Assembly (NCBI GenBank): GCA_021294815.2
Contig: CP095464.1
Location: 210,001-242,000 of the forward strand
Length of the DNA: 32,000 nucleotides
Direction: 5' to 3'
From: Verrucomicrobiota bacterium
GTDB taxonomy: Bacteria > Verrucomicrobiota > Verrucomicrobiia > Opitutales > LL51
Below the pieces are notes generated by a model that was given only the letters and a program-made list of their open reading frames with translations, was not told where the DNA came from and searched no databases. Below, piece by piece: positions 24,138-32,000 of this stretch. The position numbers were made by a program, and so were the translations under genes. Within the stretch, counting starts at the first letter, position 1. Every line of letters starts with the position of its first letter.

Positions 24138-26660
24138 CTATGAAAAATCAAAATCGAGTTGAGACCTCTTATCCGGCGCCTTAACGATCTTACGGAGGTG
24201 CTTCTGAACACTATCACCCTCGGATTCTAATTTTTCTAGAACCTCTGTCGCTCGCTGAATCACCGGCATCGGCATCCCCGCCAATCGTGCAACGTGAATT
24301 CCATACGACTTATCGGAAGCACCAGGCTCAATAGTGTGGAGAAAAACAACTTCGTCATTCCATTCTTTAACGGCAACATGGAAGTTCTTGACGCGAACGA
24401 GGTCTTCGGAAAGTTTGGTCAGCTCGTGGTAGTGGGTTGCGAACAAGGTTCTAGGGCCTGACGGAACCCAGTGTTCATGTAGAAATTCGACAATCGCCCA
24501 GGCTAAACTGAGGCCATCGTAAGTACTCGTTCCGCGCCCAATTTCGTCCAAAATAATCAAACTGCTTTCCGTTGCGTTATTGAGAATGTTGGCCGTCTCA
24601 TTCATCTCGACCATAAACGTCGAGCTTCCATGGACGAGGTCGTCACTTGCTCCAATCCGCGAGAAAATTCGGTCTACAAGCCCTAAGGTACATGTTGTCG
24701 CAGGAACAAAACTTCCGATCTGCGCCATCAATGTTATGAGGGCTACTTGGCGGATATAGGTCGATTTCCCGGCCATATTCGGCCCCGTAATCAGTGTAAT
24801 CTGTGTTTCCGCGCTGCTTAATCGCGTGTCGTTGGCAATAAAATGCTGCATCTCATTTGTCAACATACGCGCAAGGACTGGGTGACGCCCTTCACGGATT
24901 TCAATCATGCGCTCCTTATTCAGGATCGGTCGACAGTAATTCCACTGTTGTGCGAGTGATGCCCATCCACTCAATACATCAATCGCCGCTAAAATATGCG
25001 CATCGGCATCAAGTTGTTTTCGAAACGATAAAACCTGTTCAACCAGCGACTGAAAAAGCATCGCTTCGCGCTCAATTAGCCGATCATGGGCCGTTAGAAT
25101 TTCACGTTCTTTTGCTTTCAGCGTCTCGGTCGTGTAGCGTTCCGCATTCACCGTCGTTTGGCGGCGGATATAGTCGCTCGGCACAAGGTGGAGATTCGAT
25201 TTCGTCACCTCGATAAAGTACCCAAAATTGTTATTATACTTTATACGTAGGGTTTTGATACCGGTTCGCGCTTGTTCCTGATTTTCAAAAGTACAAAGCC
25301 AGGAACTCGTATGATGGACCAGAGAACGCAATTCATCGACTTGCGGATCAAACCCACCAGCGATATAACCTCCCTCGCTGAGATCATTGGGTAACTCTTG
25401 TGCCAACGTTCGTTGAAGAACAACACGTAACGGCTCGAGGGAATCTATTTTTTTCGATAAAGGTGGAATCGCTTCGTGTGGCCATTGACTGAGCAGCTCA
25501 ATAATCGACGGAAGCTGTTGTAAGGTCGTACGCAACATTCCGAGTTCACGCGGATTTCGACTACGGTTACTGATGCGTGTTAGAATGCGAGGGATGTCGG
25601 CAATCGCTTTGAAGAATTGCTTTAGGTTCGCGATTTTTTCCGGTACCTCTCGGAATCCAGCAACAACATCTTGGCGACGAATAATCCCTTCTAAATCAAT
25701 TAATGGTTCCCGGACCCAGCGTTCCAGTAGACGTGCCCCCATCGCCGTTTTCGTCTCATCGAGTGCATCGAGTAAGGTATGTTCTCGCCCTCCATGGACA
25801 TTGCGCAGAATCTCGAGATGATGGAGCGTCCGCGCATCGATGATCATTGCCGTCTGGGGCTGGTATTTTCGCAACTTTTGAAGGTTATGTGGTGGCTGTT
25901 TTAGATTATCGCTGACGTATAAAATGAGGGCACCCGCAGCACCAATCGCCGGATCTTCGTGCACAATGCCATAACCATGGAGGTTGCCGACTTTTAGGCG
26001 TTCCAATAACAGTTCGAGTCCACGCTGCGCATCAAAATAATAGTGCGGTAGATCGGTAACCGTACATTTTTCCAAAATGCGCTTTAATGCCTCGTGTTCA
26101 CGCGTCGGTAATTGTTCTAGTTGCGTACGGTCATCGACATCGACGACAATCTCGCGGGGATCGAGTGCAGCTATAACGTGTTCTAATTCGCACAAATTGG
26201 GGGCATCGGCAATCTGAAATTCCCCTGTCGAAACCTCAATCCATGCAATTGAAATGTCTTTTCGATGCAGCTTTAAACTCAAGAGATATTGGTTATGCGA
26301 TGGCGTCAGCAGGTTCTCCGCAATGAGCGTTCCCGGAGATAGTATTTTAGAAATCTGGCGGCGGATAATTTTTCCCGGACGTGCAAGTTCAGTCTGATCA
26401 CAGATCGCGACTTTATAGCCGGACTGGATGAGTTTGGCAATGTAACCGTCGACCGCGTGGTGCGGAATACCAGCCATCGGCGCTTTATGACGTTGTGTTA
26501 AGGTAATGCCCAGGATCTTAGAACCAATAAGCGCATCTTCTTCAAACATCTCATAAAAATCGCCGAGACGAAAGAGTAGCAATGCATTCGGGGGAATCGA
26601 CCGTTTGAGCTCGCGGTATTGCTGCATGAGTGGGGTTAATGCGGAATCCTCAGTCGCCAT
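24138..26660 (-). CDS. mutS: DNA mismatch repair protein MutS
   Basis: 840 aa. TPLMQQY..LK......LLFRLGDFYEMF.EDA (mismatch-binding domain), Walker A GPNMAGKSTY, STFMVEM, DEIGRGTSTYDG. Confidence 0.95.
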   Translation of the reverse strand: MATEDSALTPLMQQYRELKRSIPPNALLLFRLGDFYEMFEEDALIGSKILGITLTQRHKAPMAGIPHHAVDGYIAKLIQSGYKVAICDQTELARPGKIIRRQISKILSPGTLIAENLLTPSHNQYLLSLKLHRKDISIAWIEVSTGEFQIADAPNLCELEHVIAALDPREIVVDVDDRTQLEQLPTREHEALKRILEKCTVTDLPHYYFDAQRGLELLLERLKVGNLHGYGIVHEDPAIGAAGALILYVSDNLKQPPHNLQKLRKYQPQTAMIIDARTLHHLEILRNVHGGREHTLLDALDETKTAMGARLLERWVREPLIDLEGIIRRQDVVAGFREVPEKIANLKQFFKAIADIPRILTRISNRSRNPRELGMLRTTLQQLPSIIELLSQWPHEAIPPLSKKIDSLEPLRVVLQRTLAQELPNDLSEGGYIAGGFDPQVDELRSLVHHTSSWLCTFENQEQARTGIKTLRIKYNNNFGYFIEVTKSNLHLVPSDYIRRQTTVNAERYTTETLKAKEREILTAHDRLIEREAMLFQSLVEQVLSFRKQLDADAHILAAIDVLSGWASLAQQWNYCRPILNKERMIEIREGRHPVLARMLTNEMQHFIANDTRLSSAETQITLITGPNMAGKSTYIRQVALITLMAQIGSFVPATTCTLGLVDRIFSRIGASDDLVHGSSTFMVEMNETANILNNATESSLIILDEIGRGTSTYDGLSLAWAIVEFLHEHWVPSGPRTLFATHYHELTKLSEDLVRVKNFHVAVKEWNDEVVFLHTIEPGASDKSYGIHVARLAGMPMPVIQRATEVLEKLESEGDSVQKHLRKIVKAPDKRSQLDFDFS

Positions 26661-26710
26661 AAGGGCACAACATAGCGGACACCGCTTCGGTGCTCAATCT
26701 CAAAATCCCA

Positions 26711-28210
26711 CTAGCTGTATTGTTCGAGGAGAAAAGTCATTAATTCGGACTCGCTCAGGCGGCGCTGTTCCATGGTATCGCGGTCACGGAGCGTATAGGT
26801 TCCCTGTTCGAGAGAATCGAAATCCACGGTAATACAATACGGCGTTCCGATTTCATCCATGCGACGATAACGACGGCCGATTGCCCCACTCTCATCGTAT
26901 TGTACAAACCAATGACGTGCGAGTTTTTGATGTAGTTGTTTCGCAAGGTCGACCAACTCTGGACGATTTTTGACCAATGGGAATACCGCTGCTTTAACAG
27001 GTGCGATTTTGGGATGAAACTTCATCACAACACGTGTCTCATTCTCAACGGACTCCTCATGGTAAGCCGAACAGAGAACCGCTAAAAACAGTCGATCGAC
27101 GCCAATAGCAGGTTCAATAACGTGTGGCAGATAGCTACGATGCTCCGCCTCATCAAAGTATTCGAGATTTTTCCCGCTAGCATTTTGGTGTTGCGTCAGG
27201 TCAAAATTCCCTCGCGCCGCAATTCCTTCGAGCTCTTGAACTCCGAATGGATAATGGAAGGTGATATCGGTACAAGCACGTGAATAATGTGCTAGCTTTT
27301 CGGGACGATGGACATCCAATGCAAGGCGTTTTTCATCGAGGCCGATTGATTTGAGCCAGTCAAAACGCGTTTGGACCCAGTATTGGTGCCAGTGCTGCCA
27401 ATCCGCATTATCTTGAATAAAAAATTCCATCTCCATTTGCTCGAATTCGCGCGAACGGAAGGTGAAATTACGGGGCGTAATCTCGTTACGGAAGGAACGG
27501 CCCATTTGCGCAATCCCAAACGGTAACTTGAGGCGATTCGTATTGAGGACGTTTTTGAAATTCACAAACATCCCCTGTGCAGTTTCAGGCCGGAGGTAAG
27601 CAACGGATGAATCGTCAACCACCGCACCAACATGGGTTTGGAACATCAAGTTGAACGCTCGTGGTGCTGTTAAGGAGCCCGGTTGACCGGTTGCCGGGGA
27701 AGGAATTAACGCATACTCTTCCGGCATCGCCTCTGTGTAGGGTTTTAAAACAACCGGATCTAAAGTCCCCTGCTTCGCCTGCTTACGTTTAAGTTTGTCG
27801 GCCTGCTGCTCCGCTTCCGATTGCATGTTTTCATCTTCGAGTACAGAGACGTAGCCCAACAATTCACCGGCAACCGTAACCTTTGCAAAGTAAAGTTGAT
27901 CGGCCCGATAACGCATTTTCGAAACCTTACAGTCCACCATCGGATCGGAAAAACCATCGACATGTCCCGAAGCCTTCCAAACCGCAGGGTGCATAATAAT
28001 CGAACAGTCGATACCGACAATGTCCCCGCGTTGATGGACCATTGCGTTCCACCAAGCATCTTTGATATTTTTCTTAATCTCGATACCGAGTGGACCATAG
28101 TCAAAAAATCCGGCAATCCCGTTATAAATATCAGACGACGGAAAAATCGCCCCCCGCCGTTTACACCACCCTAAAATTTGGTCCATCGTCGGACCTTCAT
28201 CAAGCGCCAT
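26711..28210 (-). CDS. glyQS: Glycine--tRNA ligase (dimeric class II type)
   Basis: [53 protein letters not shown], and a C-terminal anticodon-binding domain. The ATG at 28210 ([12 protein letters not shown]) lies 1 nt after the upstream stop; the track ORF starts earlier. Confidence 0.9.
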   Translation of the reverse strand: MALDEGPTMDQILGWCKRRGAIFPSSDIYNGIAGFFDYGPLGIEIKKNIKDAWWNAMVHQRGDIVGIDCSIIMHPAVWKASGHVDGFSDPMVDCKVSKMRYRADQLYFAKVTVAGELLGYVSVLEDENMQSEAEQQADKLKRKQAKQGTLDPVVLKPYTEAMPEEYALIPSPATGQPGSLTAPRAFNLMFQTHVGAVVDDSSVAYLRPETAQGMFVNFKNVLNTNRLKLPFGIAQMGRSFRNEITPRNFTFRSREFEQMEMEFFIQDNADWQHWHQYWVQTRFDWLKSIGLDEKRLALDVHRPEKLAHYSRACTDITFHYPFGVQELEGIAARGNFDLTQHQNASGKNLEYFDEAEHRSYLPHVIEPAIGVDRLFLAVLCSAYHEESVENETRVVMKFHPKIAPVKAAVFPLVKNRPELVDLAKQLHQKLARHWFVQYDESGAIGRRYRRMDEIGTPYCITVDFDSLEQGTYTLRDRDTMEQRRLSESELMTFLLEQYS

Positions 28211-28211
28211 A

Positions 28212-28487
28212 CTAAAGTGAACTGCGTTCGAACCACCCCTTTTGGTGATAGGTATTCTTAAGCCCAAGTATGGCAGTATAGAGGTAGACTAAATACAACA
28301 CACACTGTTGAACCTCGCCAATCCGAAAGTTATGCCACACAAAGAAAAAATTTGACCCAAGCCATAAGACGTAACTCAATTTGAAACGCGTCGTCGCATT
28401 AAAATAAGAACCTAAAAGCGCTATCGCCGTAAACGTCCAGATAACCGCTTGTATGTGCTCTTGAAACCAATAATAAACCTCATTCAT
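28212..28487 (-). CDS. Small three-helix membrane protein, PnuC-half-like (paralog B)
   Basis: 91 aa from the ATG at 28487 (the track ORF extends to 28544 across the upstream gene). Three hydrophobic helices. Roughly half of its aligned positions match paralog A by eye. The stop of A (28489-28491) is 1 nt from this start. Confidence 0.6.
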   Translation of the reverse strand: MNEVYYWFQEHIQAVIWTFTAIALLGSYFNATTRFKLSYVLWLGSNFFFVWHNFRIGEVQQCVLYLVYLYTAILGLKNTYHQKGWFERSSL

Positions 28488-28488
28488 T

Positions 28489-28758
28489 TTATACCTTTGT
28501 TCGCTGTAACCAACCGCGTATGTGGCGCGTGTTTTTGTAACCAATCGCCATCGTGATTGCGGTCACGAAATAAAAAATACTTTGCTGGATCTCGCCAATG
28601 TAAAAGTTATAGAAGACAAAAAAGGAATCGCTACAAAGCCATAGCGCATAACCCAATTTGAAACGCGTGGTACCGTTAAAATACGAGCCCAGCAGCGAGA
28701 TAATCGAGAACCCCCATAAGATACTTTGTCCACCGGTACTCGCCCAAGCCTTATGCAT
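28489..28758 (-). CDS. Small three-helix membrane protein, PnuC-half-like (paralog A)
   Basis: 89 aa. Helices around ILWGFSIISLLGSYF, LGYALWLCSDSFFVFYNFYIG and IQQSIFYFVTAITMAIGY. The start overlaps the AAA_28 gene stop by 8 nt. Confidence 0.6.
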   Translation of the reverse strand: MHKAWASTGGQSILWGFSIISLLGSYFNGTTRFKLGYALWLCSDSFFVFYNFYIGEIQQSIFYFVTAITMAIGYKNTRHIRGWLQRTKV

Positions 28759-29323
28759 CTTTTAATACAATTTTTCCATCCTCATTAATATGGATATTAC
28801 AGGCTAACATCTCGGGGTACGATAACATACAAACACGATCACCAAACTTTTCCAAAAAGAATTTTTTAAGGAGATCTTCTACATTTTGCGCAAATTGACG
28901 ATCGGTATCGCGTACACCATCCGCTTCAAGTGTCTCCTTACCCTCACCAGTTAACAAAATGATCTCGTCATAATCCTGTGTCCACGTTGTGAGTGCCGAC
29001 AATAGATGTTTTTCTAAATCCGTGATCGGATGTTGGCGGGTTGCCTCTGAATAAAAGAAAGAATCCAAAACTCCGCGGTCGAGCACCAAATAGGTATATC
29101 CGTGTGCGATAGCCTCAAGTTCCTTAACCGCTTGTTTGAGTGCAATATAGAGCGTCGACTCTACGGTCTGCCCCTTATTAATCGGAAACGGAGATTCGCG
29201 TGCCGTCTCGCTGATGACGATCGCATTATAGCCCTTTCGCTTTAATTCGGAACAAATGCGATGCGAAAGCGTCGATTTCCCACAACCATGTGTCCCGGTA
29301 ATCAAACATCTACGAATGGCCAT
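28751..29323 (-). CDS. AAA_28 / NadR-type (ribosylnicotinamide kinase-like) P-loop ATPase
   Basis: 190 aa. Walker A ITGTHGCGKSTL, then VLDRG (Walker B-like), then YDEIILLTGEG..LEADGVRDTDRQFAQ, which resembles the NadR C-terminal kinase domain family. Confidence 0.6.
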   Translation of the reverse strand: MAIRRCLITGTHGCGKSTLSHRICSELKRKGYNAIVISETARESPFPINKGQTVESTLYIALKQAVKELEAIAHGYTYLVLDRGVLDSFFYSEATRQHPITDLEKHLLSALTTWTQDYDEIILLTGEGKETLEADGVRDTDRQFAQNVEDLLKKFFLEKFGDRVCMLSYPEMLACNIHINEDGKIVLKDA

Positions 29324-29368
29324 CGTAGCGGTGACACTGGGATTTTTCCTAAAAAAGCAAATTTTTTC

Positions 29369-30520
29369 TTAGAGCGCTTCTTGGATCCAACGGACGACAT
29401 TCATCTGCGGTTCCGCCGATAAAATATGTTTCAGTTCCTCGGCATCATCCGCTGCTTGCTGGCGAATCGCTCGATCGTTCATCGCCGCCCGTACCGCTTT
29501 ACCAATGAGCTTCGGTTTCGCCGAAAACTGTAAAAACTCCGGTGCTACCGCTCGTTTAAGCAGAATACTGGCCATATAGAGAAACTTTACCTTCAACAGA
29601 ATCTTGGCGAGACCGTACGTTACCGTGTTCACTTTATACACAATCACCCCAGGAATTCCGGCCAGTGCACATTTGAGCGACATTGTCCCAGGACTCATCA
29701 AGGCCGCACAAGCACCAATTTGACATGCTCCACTCCGGACAAAAGAAATCGTCAATCCCTTACAACGTTGGCTCTGTTTTTCAAGAATCGACAAAATATC
29801 GTCATCGGGATAGATCACAACAAGTTCCCGCGACTCTCCTAATTTTTTGAGCTGTTGAACAGCCTCCAGCATAATGGGGAATACCTTTTGAACGGATCCT
29901 ACACGACTGCCTGGCAGCAATAAAAGTGGCCCCTCAGGATCATAGTGCACCGGTAACTCATAACCTTCATCCAAGAAGGGATGGCCTAAAAATTGAACCT
30001 CCAAGGGAGTATCGCGGTAGCATTCTTTTTCAAATGGGAAAATGGCTCCTAGTGAGTCGATATATTTAGCAATCCGGAAGCGGCGCTTCGCTCGCCATGC
30101 CCAAATCTGTGGGCTAATGTAATAATACAGTTTCACGTTGCCACCGGCTTTGTGACTGATGCCACGGCGATATAGTTCTTTGGCAATCCGAAGATTGAGT
30201 CCAGGGAAATCGACAAAACAAACTGCTTTCGGTCGGTAGCGCTCAATCCAATCGCAGGTCATTTTTAAAAAACGCATAAAAAACCGAAGATGCTTTAAGA
30301 CCTCCGTTGTCCCAATTACAGAATAGTCGACGAGATTAAACAGAAAATCGACGCCCGTTTTTTCAAGGTTTTCGCCACCGATTGCACAGATGTTACACGT
30401 CGGACGTTCCGCTTTGAGCTGCCGTACAAACGTCGCCGCATGCTCATCGCCCGAATATTCCCCCGCAATGACCAGTAAATCGGGATATTCCGCCGCCTCG
30501 TTGAAGACTATTTTCTGCAT
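29369..30520 (-). CDS. lpxB: Lipid-A-disaccharide synthase
   Basis: 383 aa. LLVIAGEYSGDEHAA, DFPGLNLRIAK, YYISPQIWAWR..R, LLLLPGSR..V. Confidence 0.88.
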   Translation of the reverse strand: MQKIVFNEAAEYPDLLVIAGEYSGDEHAATFVRQLKAERPTCNICAIGGENLEKTGVDFLFNLVDYSVIGTTEVLKHLRFFMRFLKMTCDWIERYRPKAVCFVDFPGLNLRIAKELYRRGISHKAGGNVKLYYYISPQIWAWRAKRRFRIAKYIDSLGAIFPFEKECYRDTPLEVQFLGHPFLDEGYELPVHYDPEGPLLLLPGSRVGSVQKVFPIMLEAVQQLKKLGESRELVVIYPDDDILSILEKQSQRCKGLTISFVRSGACQIGACAALMSPGTMSLKCALAGIPGVIVYKVNTVTYGLAKILLKVKFLYMASILLKRAVAPEFLQFSAKPKLIGKAVRAAMNDRAIRQQAADDAEELKHILSAEPQMNVVRWIQEAL

Positions 30521-30523
30521 GGC

Positions 30524-31615
30524 TCAAACATTAAAACGAAAAATGATGACATCGCCATCCCTAACTTCATAGTCGCGACCCTCTAAACGGTACTTCCCTG
30601 CTTCCTTCGCCGCATTAAAAGAACCCGCTGCCACAAGATCCTCATAGCTCACAACCTCTGCTTTAATGAAGCCTTTTTCGAAGTCGCCATGGATAACGCC
30701 TGCGCACTGTGGTGCCTTCATCCCTAATCGGAAGGTCCACGCTTTCACTTCTTTTTCACCCGCCGTCAGAAATGAAGCAAGTCCCAAAAGACGGTAAGTT
30801 GCGCGAATGAGTTGGGCCACACCACTTTCTGGAACACCGAGATCCGCTAGATAGCGCTGTGCTTCTTCGGGTGTAAAATCAATGAGGTCGGCCTCTAGTT
30901 GGCCGCAAATAATACAGCATGCCGCATGTTGCTTTTGGGCATATTCCATAACAGATTGGGTATGAGTATTACCCTGCAATTCAGTTTCAGAAACATTACA
31001 GGCATAGAGTACGGGCTTTGCTGAAAGTAGATGAAAGGTTTTTAATAAAGCACTCTCCTCTTCATCGACGTCGAGCGAACGTGCGGGATTGCCGGCATTG
31101 AGGTGTTGTTGAAGGCGTTCTAGTAGGGCTGCTGCTTTAATCGACTCGGCATCGCCAGATCGTGCTTTTTTCAACACCTTGGCGAGCTGACTTTCAACGG
31201 ATTGTAGATCGGCTAAAATGAGCTCTGTATTGACAATTTCAATATCGCGAATCGGATCAATACTGCCGGAACTGTGGACGATATCATCATTTTCAAAACA
31301 ACGCGCAACGTGGACAATTGCGTCGACTTCCCGAATGTTCGCTAAAAATTTATTGCCAAGACCCTCACCTCGATTGGCTCCCGCAACAAGACCCGCGATG
31401 TCCACAAATTCAATCGCTGCAGGGACGAGTTTATCCGTTTTCGCAATGGGCTGTAAGACCTTGAGACGAGGTTCGGGAACTTCAACCATCCCTACGTTCG
31501 GATCGATCGTACAGAAGGGATAGTTTTCGGCGGGCGCACGACGCGCCCGAATTAACGCGTTAAAAAGTGTACTTTTCCCCACGTTGGGCAGCCCTACAAT
31601 ACCGGCCTGTAACAT
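30524..31615 (-). CDS. ychF: Redox-regulated ATPase YchF (Obg-family GTPase)
   Basis: 363 aa. [47 protein letters not shown]-terminal TGS-like [17 protein letters not shown]. Confidence 0.93.
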   Translation of the reverse strand: MLQAGIVGLPNVGKSTLFNALIRARRAPAENYPFCTIDPNVGMVEVPEPRLKVLQPIAKTDKLVPAAIEFVDIAGLVAGANRGEGLGNKFLANIREVDAIVHVARCFENDDIVHSSGSIDPIRDIEIVNTELILADLQSVESQLAKVLKKARSGDAESIKAAALLERLQQHLNAGNPARSLDVDEEESALLKTFHLLSAKPVLYACNVSETELQGNTHTQSVMEYAQKQHAACCIICGQLEADLIDFTPEEAQRYLADLGVPESGVAQLIRATYRLLGLASFLTAGEKEVKAWTFRLGMKAPQCAGVIHGDFEKGFIKAEVVSYEDLVAAGSFNAAKEAGKYRLEGRDYEVRDGDVIIFRFNV

Positions 31616-31656
31616 GCAAAAACGTTAAAAAACTACCGCTTCCCCTGGCAAGCCCA

Positions 31657-32000
31657 TTAACGACAACAAAGCTTACGTATGCCCCAAATTCCAAGGCCAC
31701 TTAACACAATATTGGGCAACCATAAGAGTAAATCCGGCCGTAGCTGGGGTCGTTTGGTAAGGAACGAGAGGAGCATCATGGTAACATAATAGCCAACACA
31801 AATCAGAAAGGCAATCGCCGCATTCGCCGAGGTTTCTCGTCGTGCAAAACGGATCGAGAGCGGGATCGCCATAAGAACTAACGCTAAAATTCCAAACGCC
31901 ATCGCCGCCTTCATTTGAAATCCAACGTGGACTTCCATGAGAAGACTACGATCGTCATCCCGCTCCGCCTGATTCTTCAATGCACACATCTCGCCGTAGG
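31657..32000 (-). CDS. LPS export permease LptF/LptG family, C-terminal part (5' end beyond the window)
   Basis: The frame stays open to position 32000. ..FGILALVLMAIPLS......NAAIAFLICVGYY....L.....RP.L.P.LL.WLPNIVL...G.W..RK is the typical YjgP/YjgQ C-terminus. Confidence 0.7.
   Translation of the reverse strand, partial: YGEMCALKNQAERDDDRSLLMEVHVGFQMKAAMAFGILALVLMAIPLSIRFARRETSANAAIAFLICVGYYVTMMLLSFLTKRPQLRPDLLLWLPNIVLSGLGIWGIRKLCCR

Noticed and set aside
26661-26710. Small hairpin (CACCG-aag-CGGTG on the minus strand) between glyQS and mutS, considered as a terminator.
   Set aside because: The stem is only 5 bp and no T-tract follows it. The genes are probably co-transcribed.
1-32000. 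Looked for CRISPR repeats, tRNA/rRNA/tmRNA-sized intergenic regions, transposase/integrase genes, toxin-antitoxin pairs and known defence-system ATPases/nucleases.
   Set aside because: None found. All intergenic gaps are under 190 bp and are accounted for by promoters or terminators. The only stand-alone P-loop ATPase (28751-29323) looks like a NadR-type kinase rather than a defence ATPase.

Overview
Gene-dense chromosomal segment (about 40 CDS) from a diderm, LPS-making bacterium. The LPS and outer-membrane genes present are hldD, msbA-like, lptE-like, bamD-like, lpxK, lpxB and lptF/G. I cannot place the organism more precisely from sequence alone. I found no rRNA, tRNA, CRISPR array, transposase or integrase.

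The genes fall into three strand blocks:
- Minus, 1-15515: ligA (partial), hldD, msbA-like, orphan SBP, prmA, rpe, lptE-like, bamD-like, fabH, rpmA, rplU. After a small plus-strand insert, the block continues with lpxK, holA, DUF502, tsaE, CPBP protease and dnaN.
- Plus, 15625-21836: EIIA-DAC fusion, hprK, pgi, rpsU and three unknown secreted proteins.
- Minus, 21922-32000: ybeY, rpmG, rsfS, dprA, mutS, glyQS, two small membrane proteins, an AAA_28 ATPase, lpxB, ychF and lptF/G (partial).

Three genes I consider real are missing from the supplied ORF track: the edge-truncated ligA (1-1323), rpmG/L33 (22373-22543) and a 57-aa Cys-rich secreted peptide (10011-10184).

Most interesting observations:
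1. A tandem pair of ~90-aa three-helix membrane proteins resembling half-PnuC units, translationally coupled to a NadR-type kinase-like ATPase. This may be a split vitamin/nucleoside uptake system.
2. A diadenylate-cyclase fusion whose EIIA(Ntr)-like domain has Tyr in place of the phospho-His. It is followed by an HprK homolog with a degenerate P-loop.
3. A three-gene family of unknown secreted proteins at a convergent junction.
4. A self-contained small Cys-rich peptide gene.

All homology calls come from motif recognition by eye. No database search was run.
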